Positions 1-13,265 of a stretch of 64,000 nucleotides of DNA are shown piece by piece (within the stretch, counting starts at the first letter, position 1; the number at the start of each line of letters is the position of its first letter). This DNA comes from Mobula hypostoma (lineage: Eukaryota). The notes under the pieces are model-generated. The model searched no databases. It saw only the letters and a list, made by a program, of their open reading frames with translations, and was not told the DNA's origin. Made by a program: the position numbers and the translations under genes. The DNA lies in the NCBI RefSeq assembly GCF_963921235.1, contig NC_086101.1, positions 1,798,001-1,862,000 of the forward strand, written 5' to 3'.

Positions 1-2580
1 GGTTGAGGGTAGCATTGATGGAGGAAGGGAAGCCTCATCCTGAGAGCAGATGCGGCAGAGACGGAGGAATTAAGAGAAGGCGGTCTTTTCTAGTTGGCTT
101 CCAGTGACTAGTGGTGTTCCAGAGGGGACTGTGTTGTTACTGCTTTTTACATCATATGTGAATGATGGAATTAATGAAATTCAGAGCACGAAGCTGCGAG
201 TGAATGGCTGATTTTCAGAGCCAAGGCAGTTTTTCCCACTCGGGGTAAAAGAGAGGCAAGACTGTGCAGGCGCGTGACGTCAGCCAGTAGAGCGCGAAAG
301 GTTTAAAAAGAAGACAGCCATATCCAGCGGGCAGCAGAGTGATAGGGCTTTGGCTCAACGGGTTTAGGGTAACAGGACGAGGTGAGGTAGGTTTACCTGT
401 GTTAATTGCGGAAAGGAGGAAGTATGTGTGTGAGGCCAGTTTTCTGTGCTCGGTGTCGGATGTGGGAGGTCCTGGAGTCTCCCAGCCTCCCGGACGGCCA
501 TATCTGCGCCCGGTGTGTCGAGCTGCAGTTCCTAAGGGACCGCATCAGGGAACTGGAGATGCAGCTCAATGACCTTCACCCGGTCAGGGAGAACGAGGAG
601 TTGATAGAAAGGAGTCATAAGCAGGACCATCGGAGACAGACAAGTGAGTCACAGTCAGGAGAGGGAAGGGGAAGAGTCAGGGTTTTAGATGTTTCATAAA
701 GGACAGGAGGGAGGCAAAAGAGGTGGGGGCGTAGCACTGTTGATCAGAGATAATGTCACGGCTGCACAAAAGGTGGACGCCATGGAGGGATTGTCTACGG
801 AGTCTGTGTGGGTGGAGGTTAGGAACAGGAAGGGGTCAATAACTTTACTGGGTGTTTTTTATAGGCCACCCAATAGTAACAGGGATATCAAGGAGCAGAT
901 AGGGAAACAGATCCTGGAAAGGTGTAATAATAACAGAGTTGTCATGATGGGAGATTTTAATTTCCCAAATATCGATTGGCATCTCCCAAGAGCAAGGGGT
1001 TTAGATGGGGTGGAGTTTGTTAGGTGTGTTCAGGAAGGTTTCTTGACACAATATGTAGATAGCCTGCAAGAGGAGAGGCTGTACTTGATCTGGTATTGGG
1101 AAATGAACCTGGTCAGGTGTCAGATCTCTCAGTGGGAGAGCATTTTGGAGATAGTGATCATAATTCTATCTCCTTTACAATAGCATTGGAGAGGGATAGG
1201 AACAGACAAGTGAGAAAAGTGTTTAATTAGAGTAAGGGGAATTATGAGGCTATCAGGCAGGAAATTGAAAGCTTAAATTGGGAACAGATGTTCTCAGGGA
1301 AAAGTACGGAAGAAATGTGGCAAATGTTCAGGGAATATTTGTGTGTATGTTCCAATGAGAGAGGGAAGTTATGGTAGGGTACAGGAACCGTGGTGTACAA
1401 AGGCTGTAATAAATCCAGTCAAGAAGAAAAGAAAAGCTTACAGAAGGTTCAGGGAGCTAGGTAATGTTAGAGATCTAGAAGATTATAAGGCTAATAGGAA
1501 GGAGCTTAAGAATTAAATTAGGAGAGCCAGAAGGGGCCAAGAGAAGGCCTTGGCGGGCAGGATTAAAAAAAACCCCAAGGTGTTGTACAAGTATATGAAC
1601 AGCAAGAGGATAAGACGTGAGAGAATAGGACCTATCAAGTGTGGCAGTGGGAAAGTATGTATGGAACCGGAGGAAATAGCAGAGGTACTTAATGAATACT
1701 TTACTTCAGTATTCACTATGAAAAAGGATCTTGGTGATTGTCGTGATGACTTGCAGCAGACTGAAAAGCTTGAGCATGTAGATATTAAGAAAGAGGATGT
1801 GGGGGAGCTCTTGGAAAGCACCAAGTTGGATAAGTCACCGGGATCGGATGGGATGTACCCCAGGCTACTGTGGGAGGCGAGGGAGGAGATTGCTGAGCCT
1901 CTGACGATGATCTTTGAATCATCAATGGAGACGGGAGAGGTTCTGGAGGATTGGAGGGTTGCGGATGTTGTTCCTTTATTCAAGAAAGGGAGTAGAGATA
2001 GCCAATGAAATTATAGGCCAGTGAGTCTTACCTCAGTGATTGGGAAGTTGATGGAGAAGATCCTGTGAGGCAGAATTTATGAACATTTGGAGAGGCATAA
2101 TATGATTAGGAATAGTCAGCATGACTTTGTCGAGGGCAGGTCGTGCCTTACGAGCCTGATTGAATTTTTTGAGGGTATGACTAAACACATTGATGAAGGA
2201 AGAGCATAAGATGCAGAGGTGGGATTTTAGCAAGAAATTTGATGAGGTACCCCATGCAAGCCTTATTGAGAAAGTAAGGAGGCATGGGATCCATGGGGAC
2301 GTTGCTTTGTGGATCCAGAACTGGCTTGCCCACAGAAGAGAAAGAGTGGTTGTAGATGGGTGATATTCTGCATGGAGTTTGGTCACCAGTGGAGTGCCTC
2401 AGGGATCTGTTCTGGGACCCTTACTCTTCGTGATTTTTATAAATGACCTGGATGAGGAAGTGGAGGGATTGGTTAGTAAGTCTGTTGATGACACAAAGGT
2501 TGGAGGTGTTGTGGATAGTGTAGTTACAGTGGGACGTTGATAGGATGCAAAACTGGGCTGAGAAGTGGCAGATGGAGTTC

Positions 2581-3898
2581 AATAGACAATAGGTGCAGGA
2601 GTAGGCCATTTGGCCCTTCGAGCCAGCACCACCATTCACTGTGATCATGGCTGATCATCCACTATCAGTATCCAGTTCCTGCCTTATCCCCATAATCTTT
2701 GATTCCACTATCTTTAAGAGCTCTATCCATCTCATTTTTGAAAGTGTCCAGAGACTTGGCCTCCACAGCCTTCTGGGGCAGAGCATTCCATACATCCACC
2801 ACTCTCTGGGTGAAAAAGTTTTTCCCCAACTCCGTTCTAAATGGCCTACCCCTAATTCTTAAACCGTGGCCTCTGGTTCTGGACTCACCCATCAGTGGGA
2901 ACATACTTCCTGCCTGCAGCGTGTCCAATCCCTTAATAATCTTATATGTTTCAATAAGATCCCCTCTCAGCCTTCTAAATTCCAGTGTATACAAGCCCAG
3001 TCGCTCCAATCTTTCGACATATGACAGTCCCGCCATCCCGGGAATTAACCTTGTGAACCTACGCTGCACTCCCTCAATAGCAAGAATGTCCTTCCTCAAA
3101 TTTGGAGACCAAAACTGCACACAGTACTCCAGGTGTGGTCTCACCAGGGCCCTGTACAGCTGCAGAAGGACCTCTTTGCTCTTATACTCAATTCCCCTTG
3201 TTAGGAAGGCCAGCATGCCATTAGCTTTCTTCACTGCCTGCTGTACTTGCATGCTTGCTTTCAGTGACTGATGTACAAGAACACCTAGATCTCGTTGTGC
3301 TTCCCCTTTTCCTAACTTGACTCCACTTAGATAATAATCTGCCTTCTCGTTCTTACCACCAAAGTGGATAACCTCACATTTATCCACAGTAAACTGCATC
3401 TGCCCACTCACCCAGCCTGTCCAAGTCACCCTGCATACTCATAACATCCTCCTCACATTTCACACTGCCACCCAGCTTTGTGTCATCGGCAAATTTGTTA
3501 ATGTTACTTTTAATTCCCTCATCTAAATCATTAATATATATTGTAAACAGCTGCGGTCCCAGCACTGAAATCTGCGGTACCCCACTGGTCACCGCCTGCC
3601 ATTCCAAAAGGGACCCGTTAATCGCTACTCTTTGCTTTCTGTCAGCCAGCCAATTTACAATCCAGTCAGTACTCTGCCCCTAATACCATGTGCCCTAATT
3701 TTGCCCACTAATCTGCTATGTGGGACTTCATCAAAGCCTTTCTGGAAGTCCAGGTACACTACATCCACTGGCTCTCCCTTGTTCATTTTCATAGTTGCAT
3801 CCTCAAAAAATTCCAGAAGATTAGTCAAGCATGATTTCCCCTTCGTAAATCCATGCTGACTCGGACCAATCCTGTTACTACTATCCAGATGTGTCGTA
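2581..3898 (-). mobile_element. 5'-truncated CR1 (RT C-terminal half and 3'UTR)
   Basis: ORFs 2665-3429, 3380-3607 and 3655-3933 carry QHGF, FADD and RPHLEYC. CTATTGT-type tail. GAGTTCAA is duplicated at 2575-2582 and 3901-3908. Confidence 0.9.
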
Positions 3899-4419
3899 AT
3901 GAGTTCAACCCAGATAAGTGTGAAGTGGTTCATTTTGGTCAGTCAAATAAGATGGCAGAATATAGTATTAATGGTAAGACTCTTGGCAGTGTGGAGGATC
4001 AGAGGGATCTTGGGGTTCGAGTCCATAGGACGCTCAAAGCAGCTGCACAGGTTGACTCTGGTTAAGAAGGCATACAGTGCACTGGCCTCCATCAATTGTG
4101 GGATTGAGTTTAGGAGCCGAGAGGTAATGTTGCAGCTACATAGGACCCCTGTCAGACCCCACTTGGAGTACTGTGCTTAGTTCTGGTCACATCACGTGAA
4201 AACCATAGAAAAGGTGCAGAGGAGATTTACAAGGATGTTGCCTGGATTGGGGAGCATGCCTTATGAGAATAGGTTGAGTGAACTTGGCCTTTTCTCCTTG
4301 GAGCGACGGAGGATGAGAGGTGACCTGATAGAGGTGTATAAGATGATGAGAGGTATTGATCGTGTGGATAGTCAGAGGCTTTTTCCCAGGGCTGAAATGG
4401 TTGCCACAAGAGGACACAA

Positions 4420-7250
4420 ACAGGCCCGCAAACAGTAGCCTGGATATAGGGTGCAAGTTGAATCAAGAGTTAAAATTGGCATGTCGCAAAGGTAATGCTA
4501 CGGTTTTTATGGAGGCTTTTAACATGCAGGTAGACTGGGAAAATCAGGTTGGTACTGGACCACAAGAAAGGGGGTTTGTGGAGTGCCTCGAGATGGATTC
4601 TTAGAGCAGCTTGTACTGGAGCCTACCAGGGAGAAGGCAATTCTGGATTTAGTGTTGTGTAATGAACCCAATTTGATCAGGGAACTCGAGCCATGAGGAG
4701 GTAGTGACCATAATATGATAAGTTTTAATCTACAGTTTGAGAGGGAGAAGGGAAAATCGGAAGTGTCAGTATTACAGTTGAACAAAGGGGACTATGGAGC
4801 CATGAGGGAGGAGCTGGCCAAAGTTGACTGACATAGACATAGACATAGAAAATAGATGCTGGAGTAGGCCATTCGGCCCTTCGAGCCTGCACTGCCATTC
4901 AGTATGATCATGGCTGATCATCCAACTCAGAACCCTGTACAAGCCTTCCCCCCATACCCCTGATCCCTTTAGCCACAAGGGCCGTATCTAACTCCCTCTT
5001 AAATATAGCCAATGAACTGGCCTCAACCGTTTCCTGTGGCAGAGAATTCCACAGATTCACCACTCTCTGTGTGAAGAAGTTTTTCCTAATCTTGGTCCTA
5101 AAAGGCTTCCCCTTTATCCTCAAACTGTGACCCCTCGTTCTGGAAAGATACCTTAGCAGGGATGACAGTGGAACAACAATTTCTGGGAGTAATACAGAAG
5201 GTGCAGGATCAGTTCATTCCAAAGAGGAAGAAAGATTCTAAGGGGAGTAAGGGGCGACCGTGGCTGACAAGGGAAGTCAAGGACAGACTAAAAATAAAAG
5301 AGAAGTATAACACAGCAAAGATGAGCAGGAAGCCAGAGGATTAGGAAACTTTTAAAGAGCAACAGAAGATAACTAAAAAGGCAATACGGGGAGAAAAGAT
5401 GAGGTGCAAAGGTAAGCTAGCCAAAAATATAAAGGAGGATAGTGAAAGCTTCTTTAGGTATGTGAAGAGGAAAAAATTAGTTGAGACCAAAGTTGGGCCC
5501 TTGAAGGCAGAAACGGGTAAATTTATTTTGGGGAACAAAGAAATGGCAGACGAGTTGAACAGGTACTTTGGATCTGTCTTCATTCGGGAAGACACAAACA
5601 ATCTCCCAGATGTAATAGTGGCCGGAGGACCTAGGGTAATGGAAGAACTGAAGGAGATTCACATTAGGCAGAAACTGGCGTTGGATCGACTGATGGGTCT
5701 GAAGGCTGATAAATCCCCAGGGCCTGATGGTCTGCACTCCAGGGTACTTAAGGAGGTGGCTCTAGAAATCGTGGATGCATTGGTAATCATTTTCCAATGT
5801 TCTATAGATTCAGGATCAGTTCCTGTGGATTGGAGGGTAGCTAATGTTATCGCAGTTTTTAAGAAAGGGAGAGAGAAAACAGGGAATTATAGACCAGTTA
5901 GCCTGACATCAGTGGTGGGGAAGATGCTGGAGTCAATTATAAAGGATGAAATAGCGGCACATTTGGATAGCAGTAACAGGATCGGTCCGAGTCAGCATGG
6001 ATTTACGCAGGGGAAATCATGCATGACTAATCTTCTGGAATTTTTTGAGGATGTAACTATGAAAATGGACAAGGGAGAGCCAGTGGATGTAGTGTACCTG
6101 GACTTTCAGAAAGCCTTTGATAAGGTGATAGTGGGCAACATTGGAGCACATGGTATAGGGGGTAGGGTACTGACAGGGATAGAAAATTGGTTGGCAGACA
6201 GGAAACAAACAGTAGGGATTAACGGGTCCCTTTCAGAATGGCAGGCGGTGACCAGTGGAGTACCGCAAGGTTCAGTGCTGGGACCGCAGCTATTTACAAT
6301 ATACGTTAATGATTTAGATGAAGGGATTAAAAGTAACATTAGTAAATTTGCAGATGGCACAAAGCTGGGTGGCAGTGTGAAATGTGAGGAGGATGTTATG
6401 AGAATGCAGGGTGACTTGGACAGGTTGGGTGAGTGGGCAGATGCAGTTTAATGTGGATAAATGTGAGGTTATCCAGTTTGGTGGCAAGAACAGGAAGGCA
6501 GATTACTATCTGAATGGTGTCAAGTTAGGAAAAGGGGAAGCACAATGAGATCTAGGTGTCCTTGTTCATCAGTCACTGAAAGTAAGCATGCAGGTACAGC
6601 AGGCAGTGAAGAAGGCTAATGGCATGTTGGACTTCATAACAAGGGGAGTTGAATAGAGGAGCAAAGAGGTCCTTCTGCAGTTGTACAGGGCCCTGGTGAG
6701 ACTACACCTGGAGTACTGTGTGCAGTTTTGGTCTCCAAATTTGAGGAAGGACATTCTTGCTATTGAGGGAGTGCCGTGTAGGTTCACAAGGTTAATTCCC
6801 CGGATGGCAGGGCTGTCATAATGTTGAAAGATTGGAGCGACTGGGCTTGTATACTCTGGAATTTAGAAGGATGAGAGTGGATCTGATTGAAACATATAAG
6901 ATTATTAAGGGATTCGACACGCTGGAGGCAGGAAACATGTTCCCGATGTTTGGGGAGTCCAGAACCAGAGGCCACAGTTTAAGAATAAGGGGTAGGCCAT
7001 TTAGATCAGAGTTGAGGAAAAACTTTTTCACACAGAGAGTATTGGATCTGTGGAATGCTCTGCCCCAGAAGGCAGTGGTGGCCAATTCTCTGGATGCTTT
7101 CAAGAAATAGTTAGATAGAGCTCTTAAAGATAGCAGAGTGAAGGGATATGGGGAGAAGGCAGGAAAAGGGTACTGATTGTGGATGATTAGCCATGATCAC
7201 AGTGAATGATGGTGTTGGCTCAGGCCTACTCCTGCATCTTATTGTCCATT
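4420..7250 (+). mobile_element. Degenerate CR1 ORF2 (APE end to 3'UTR), with a short antisense CR1 3' end at ~4831-5143
   Basis: ORF 5399-6451 ([24 protein letters not shown]) and ORF 6832-7110. Confidence 0.9.
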
Positions 7251-9520
7251 GTCATAGGTGTAAGGTGCTGGGGAGTAGGTACAGAGGAGATAGAACATAG
7301 AACATAGAATAGTACAGCACAGTACAGGCCCTTCGGCCCACAATGTTGTGCCGACCCTCAAACCCTGCCTCCCATATAAACCCCCACCTTAAATTCCTCC
7401 ATATACCTGTCTAGTAGTCTCTTAAACTTCACTAGTGTATCTGCCTCCACCGCTGACTCAGGCAGTGCATTCCACGCACCAACCACTCTCTGAGTAAAAA
7501 ACCTTCCTCTAATATCTCCCTTGAACTTCCCACCCCTTACCTTAAAGCCATGTCCTCTTGTATTAAGCAGTGGTGCCCTGGGGAAGAGGCGCTGGCTATC
7601 CACTCTATCTATTCCTCTTATTATCTTGTACACCTCTATCATGTCTCCTCTCATCCTCCTCTCCAAAGAGTAAAGCCCTAGCTCCCATAATCTCTGATCA
7701 TAATGCATACTCTCCAAACCAGGCAGCATTCTGGTAAATCTCCTCTGTACCCTTTCCAACACTTCCACATCCTTCCTATAGTGAGGTGACCAGAACTGGA
7801 CACAGTACTCCAAGTGTGGCCTAACCAGAGTTTTATAGAGCTGCATCATTACATCGCGACTCTTAAACTCTATCCCTCGACTTATGAAAGCTAACACCCC
7901 ATAAGCTTTCTTAACTACCTTACCTACCTGTGAGGCAACTTTCAGAGATCTGTGGACATGTACCCCCAGATCCCTCTGCTCCTCCACACTACCAAGTATC
8001 CTGCCATTTACTTTGTACTCTGCCTTGGAGTTTGTCCTTCCAAAGTGTACCACCTCACACTTCTCCGGGTTGAACTCCATCTGCCACTTCTCAGCCCACT
8101 TCTGCATCCTATCAATGTCTCTCTGCAATCTTCGACAATCCTCTACACTATCTATAACACCACCAACCTTTTGTGTCATCTGCAAACTTGCCAACCCACC
8201 CTTTCTACCCCCACATCCAGGCCATTAATAAAAATCACAAAAAGTAGAGGTCCCAGAACGGATCCTTGTGGGACACTACTAGTCACAATCCTCCAATCTG
8301 CCCTTCACAAAGCCATGCTGACTGTCCCTGATCAGACCATGATTCTCTAAATGCCCATAGATCCTATCTCTAAGAATCTTTTCCAGGAGCTTTCCCACCA
8401 CAGACGTAAGGCTCACTGGTCTATAATTATCCGGACTATCCCTACTACCTTTTTTGAACAAGGGGACAACATTCGCCTCCCTCCAATCCTCCGGTACCAT
8501 TCCCGTGGACAACGAGGACATAAAGATCCTAGCCAGAGGCTCAGCAATCTCTTCTCTCGCCTCGTGGAGCAGCCTGGGGAATATTCCATCAGGCCCTGGG
8601 GACTTATCCGTCCTAATGTATTTTAACAACTCCAACACCTCCTCTTCCTTAATATCAACATGTTCCAGAACATCAACCTCACTCATATTGTCCTCACCAT
8701 CATCAAGTTCCCTCTCATTGGTGAATACCGAAGAGAAGTATTCATTGAGGACCTCAGTCACTTCCACAGCCTCCAGGCACATCTTCCCACCTTTGTGTCT
8801 AATCGGTCCTACCTTCACTCCTGTCATCCTTTTTTTCTTCACATAATTGAAGAATGCCTTGGAATTTTCCTTTACCCTACTCACCAAGGCCTTCTCATGC
8901 CCCCTTTCTTGCTCTTCTCAGCCCCTTCCTAAAAGCTCCTTTCTTGCTTCCCTATATTCCTCAATAGACCCATCTGATCCTTGCTTCCTAAACATCATGT
9001 ATGCTGCCTTCTTCCACCTGACTAGATTTTCCACCTCAGTTGTCACCCATGGTTCCTTCACCCTACCATTCTTTATCTTCCTCACCGGGACAAATTTATC
9101 CCTAACATCCTGCAAGAGATCTCTAAACATTGACCACATGTCCATAGTACATTTCCCTGCAAAAACATCATCCCAATTCACACCCGCAAGTTCTAGCCTT
9201 ATAGCCTCATAATTTGCCCTTCCCCAATTAAAAATTTTCTTGTTTTCTCTGATTCTATCCTTTTCCATGATAATGCTAAAGGCCAGGGAGTGGTGGTCAC
9301 TGTTCCCCAGATGCTCACCCACTGAGAGATCTGTGACCTGACCCGGTTCATTACCTAGTACTAGATCTAGTATGGCATTCCCCCTAGTCGGCCTGTCCAC
9401 ATACTGTGACAGGAATCCGTCCTGGACACACTTAACAAACTCTGCCCCATTTAAACCCTTGGAACTAATCAGGTGCCAATCAATATTAGGGAAGTTAAAG
9501 TCACCCATGATAATAACCCT

Positions 9521-9932
9521 CGTACCCCATCTGTTACTCATTTTTATGCACACATTCTTTCTCTCACTCTCCTTTTTCTCCCTCTGTCCCTCTGAATATA
9601 CCTCTTGCCCATCCTCTGGGTCACCCCCCCCCGTCTTTCTTCCCGGACCTCCTGTCCCATGATCCTCTCGTATCCTCTTTTGCCTATCACCTGTCTAGCT
9701 CTCGGCTCTATCCCTCCCCCTCCTGTCTTCTCCTATCATTTTGCATCTCCCCCTCCCCCTCCAGCTTTCAAATCCCTTACTCACTCTTCCTTCAGTTAGT
9801 CCTGACGAAGGGTCTCGGCCTGAAACGTCGACTGCGCCTCTTCCTATAGATGCTGCTTGGCCTGCTGCGTTCACCAGCAACTTTGATGTGTGTTGCTTGA
9901 ATTTCCAGCATCTGCAGAATTCCTGTTGTTTG
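9521..9932 (+). mobile_element. Penelope-like element terminal repeat (pLTR) insertion with 14-bp TSD
   Basis: ATGATAATAACCCT at 9507-9520 and 9933-9946. Pyrimidine-rich body, hammerhead core, and the end TTTCCAGCATCTGCAGAATT shared with PLE remnants at 45255-46295 and 52440-52735. Confidence 0.8.
9798..9833 (+). ncRNA. Minimal type I hammerhead ribozyme (PLE type)
   Basis: AGTC-CTGACGA-AGGGTCTCGGCCT-GAAA-C-GTC-GACT: stem I AGTC/GACT, CUGANGA and GAAA cores, loopless palindromic ACGU stem III, GUC cleavage triplet. Confidence 0.8.
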
Positions 9933-10614
9933 ATGATAATAACCCTGTTGTTTTTGCACCTTTCCAAAATCTGCCTCCCAATCTGCTCCTCTATATCTCT
10001 GCTGCTACCAGGGGGCCTGTAGAATACCCCCAATAGAGAAACTGCTCCCTTCCTGTTCCTGACTTCCACCCATACTGACTCAAAAGAGGATCCTGCTACA
10101 TTACCCGCCCTTTCTGTAGATGTAGTAGTATCCCTGACCAGTAATGCCACCCCTCCTCCCCTTTCCCTCCCTCTCTATCCCTTTTAAAGTGCTGAAATCC
10201 AGGAATATTGAGAATCCATTCCTGCCCTGCCTGGTGCCAGCCAAGTCTCTGTAATGGCCACTACATCATAATTCCATGTATGTATCCAAGCTCTCAGTTC
10301 ATCACTTTTGTTCCTGATGTCAGGGGTAAGTTTTTTACTCAGTGGTGGGTGCGTGGAATGGGCTGCCGGCAACGGTAGTGGAGGCAGATACAATAGGGTC
10401 TTTTAAGAGACTTTTAGATAGGTACATGGAGCTTAGAAAAATAGAGGGCTATAGGTAAGCCTAGTAATTTCTAAGGTAGGGACATGTTCGGCACAACTTT
10501 TTGGGCCAAAGGAGCTGTATTGTGCTGTAGGTTTTCTATGTTCTGTGAAAGCAAGGATGTAATGTTAGGCTTTATAAAGCACTGGTGAGGCCTCACTTGG
10601 AGCATTGTGAGCAA

Positions 10615-11785
10615 ATTTCAATTCAATTGTCATTCTGTCATATATGAATACACATGAATACAGCCAAATGAGACAGCATAACTCTGGGGCAAGGTGCAGA
10701 ATGCAGTACCACAATCACACAGCACAAAGCACACTAAGCACGAACAAAATAGCAAGCATGTAAAAGTATCAGGAAGATACGGCCACGCAATAAAAGAGTG
10801 GAAAAACTCGGGGCCATCAATGCCACAGAAATCTCTAGTTGACTACGATAGAGCTCACCTTCTAACGAGTTAACTCTTGGGATTGGGCAGAAACACCAAC
10901 TCCATCCTGGACAGCATGCCACACCGCCCCTGGTGAAGCATACCAGCTCCTGGCTGCTGTAAACAGGCGACACCACGGCTTGAGGCCTAGACCTCGCAAG
11001 ATAGCAAGCACATGTGTGATATCTGTAAAATACAGCCATGTAAAGAAAAAAGAATACTCCAGACTGAGTCTATCAATTCTGCAGTCGACCACAATCTCCT
11101 GCCAAGTGAACACTGGAGAGGTGGGAGGTACAGCACAAACTCCAGCCCGGATGCTGTGCCACACTGCCCCCTGGTGGAGCACACTGGCTCCGATGCCCCC
11201 CTCCTGGGGCTGTAAACAAGTGACACAGTGTCTTGAGGCCCGAAGTCTATTGCTACAGATGTCTGCAGCCAACCACAACAGAGCTTGTGCTCTACAGAGT
11301 GAACACTGGTTGAAGTGGGGGGATTGGGGGGGAGGAAGCAGCACCAATTCCAGCCCGGATACTGTGTCGTGCTGCCCTTGGTGGTGTGAACCGGCTCCGA
11401 CGCCGCCCTCCTGGCAGCTGTAAACAGGTAACACTGCATCTCGAGGCTCAGTCCTCTCTGCAACTGAAGCCACGCATCTGCCTGCTCTCAGCCAACAAAT
11501 CAGTGAATCCAACTTGCGGTGTTTCACATTAACAATGTCCCAAAGGGTCTTGTGATCACAAGAAAACCAACTAAGGTGGTCACTCGCTGTTAGATTGTTG
11601 GCCTCAGGCAGCAGCATGATGGGCAGCTCTTTCATTTCTTCTGCCAACGAGCAACTCGCTGATGCGCTTGCTATAGTACTTTGAGATCTGGATATATAGC
11701 AGGATTTTGCAATCATCAAAAATGCACTTCATTAGGACAGTAGCACCTTTAGTTGACTTTGCAGAACATGCCACCATCTCACCTT
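10615..11785 (-). repeat. Unclassified non-autonomous interspersed element with three internal ~90-bp subrepeats
   Basis: Subrepeats CTCCAGCCCGGA...CCCCTGGTGG...GGCTCCGA...GCTGTAAACAGG near 10900, 11140 and 11350. Related sequence occurs on the plus strand at ~51760-51990 (GCGAGGACTAGGCCTCAA). Confidence 0.5.
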
Positions 11786-11799
11786 ACCGTGGTTCTTAT

Positions 11800-12800
11800 C
11801 TATGAAGGGATGTTCTGACATAGGAGCGGTTTCAGAGAAGATTCACAAGAATGATTCTGGAAATGAAAAATTTGCCACATTGACGGCTCTGGGCCTTTAC
11901 TCACTGGAATTCAAAAGACCATAAGATATTGGAGCAGAATTAGGCCATCTGGCCCGTCAAGTCTGCTTCGCCATTCAATCAAGGCTGATCCTTTCTCTTT
12001 CCCTCCTCAACCCCATTTCCTAGCCTTCTTCCCATAACCTTTGACGCTGTGCCCAACCAAGAACCTATCAATCTCTGCCTTAAATATATCCAACGACCAG
12101 GCCTCCTCAGCTGCATGTGGCAACAAATTCCACAAATTCACCACCCTCTGGCCAAAGAAATTTCTCCACACTTCTGTTTTGAAAGGGTGCCCCTTTATCC
12201 TGAGGCTGTGCCCTCTTGTCCTAGACTCTCCCACCATGGGAAACATCCTTTCCACAGCTACTCCGTCTAGGCCTTTCAGCATTTGAAAAGTTTCAATAAG
12301 ATCCCCCCTCATCCTTCTGAATTCCAGCAAGTACAGACCCAGAGCCATCAAACGTTCCTCATATGATAACCCTTTCATTCCTGGAATCATCCTTGTGAAC
12401 CTCCACTGGACCCTCACCAATGCCAGCACATCTCTTCTAAGATGCGGAACTCAAAACTGTAGAGAATAGAAGAATGAAGGGTGACCTCATTGAAACCTAT
12501 CTATCGAGAGAGTGGATGTGGAGAGGATGTTTCCTCAGAATAGAGTGATGTCCATTTAAAATGAGGATGAGAATGAATTTTTTTAGCCAGAGGGTGGTTA
12601 ATCTGAAGAATTCATTGCCAGGAGCAGCTGTAGAGGCCAAGTCATTGGGTATATTTAAGGCAGTGGTTGATAGATCCTTGTTTAGTCAGGGTGTGAAGGG
12701 AAACGGAGAAAGCAGGAGATTGAGGCTGAGAGAAGAGGGATAGAAAGGGTGCAGCTGACACGATGGGCCAAATGACCTAATTTTGCTCCTGTTATCTTGT
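11800..12800. mobile_element. Old plus-strand CR1 3' fragment interrupted by a minus-strand CR1 3' end (~11916-12460)
   Basis: ORF 12007-12429 (RRMRGDLIE, TRGHSL) and ORF 12561-12743 (FFSQRVVN). Confidence 0.8.
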
Positions 12801-13265
12801 TGTCTAAATAAGAAAAAGAGAAAGGCCGTGATGATGAATAGACCAGAGTGATAGTTTGAAGCGTATTTATTGTAATGAAGGGGGCATAATGGGTCAGCTG
12901 CATAAACTTACAGTAGAGTCTCGATTAGTTCAAGTTTAATTGTCACTCAACCACACTACTAAGTGAAAGAGCGTTCCTCAGGGTCAAGGAACACAGCACA
13001 ACTAGTTATGATAGCACACACAGCCACAGAAAAATAATATTAGCACAAGTCCCTGAGTGGCATTGATGGTGCGTGGACGGTGTCCTGGAGCTCGTTTCTA
13101 CAAAACAAGCAACAACAAGGAAGAGCAGCAGTGTACCAGAAATTGAAGTCTTAGAGAGCAGAAGTGAGTGTAGTTGCTATTACAGGGAGAAGGAGCTTGG
13201 GTAGCTGAAAGGTCTGAAGGTGAGTAATTCTCCTGGACCAGATGGTGTTCACCACTGGGTGAGAA

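Larger units (their letters stand above)
7292..10316 (-). mobile_element. Degenerate CR1 ORF2 with (TTCTATG)n tail, interrupted by a PLE terminal repeat
   Basis: ORFs 7358-8194, 8279-8887, 8918-9553, 9695-10150 and 10184-10393 give successive RT and APE segments. Confidence 0.9.
180..10545 (+). mobile_element. Degenerate CR1 split into four pieces (~180-2580, ~3899-4419, ~7252-7291, ~10317-10545) by nested insertions
   Basis: 5'UTR plus ORF1 zinc finger (FCARC...ICARC, 406-), APE (YRPP, GDFN) and RT pieces with frameshifts. Sequence is continuous across the insertions, e.g. GATGGAGTTC|AACCCAG and AGAGGAGAT|GTCAGGGGTAAG. Confidence 0.85.

Noticed and set aside
2699..3271. Many antisense ORFs of 60-190 aa (also 1513-1983, 8454-8846, 14655-15053 and others)
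   Set aside because: Shadow frames opposite CR1 ORF2, recurring in every copy.
10862..11719. 285-aa minus-strand ORF
   Set aside because: Starts at TTG, has no recognisable domain, and spans internal subrepeats of an interspersed element with a related copy near 51.8 kb.
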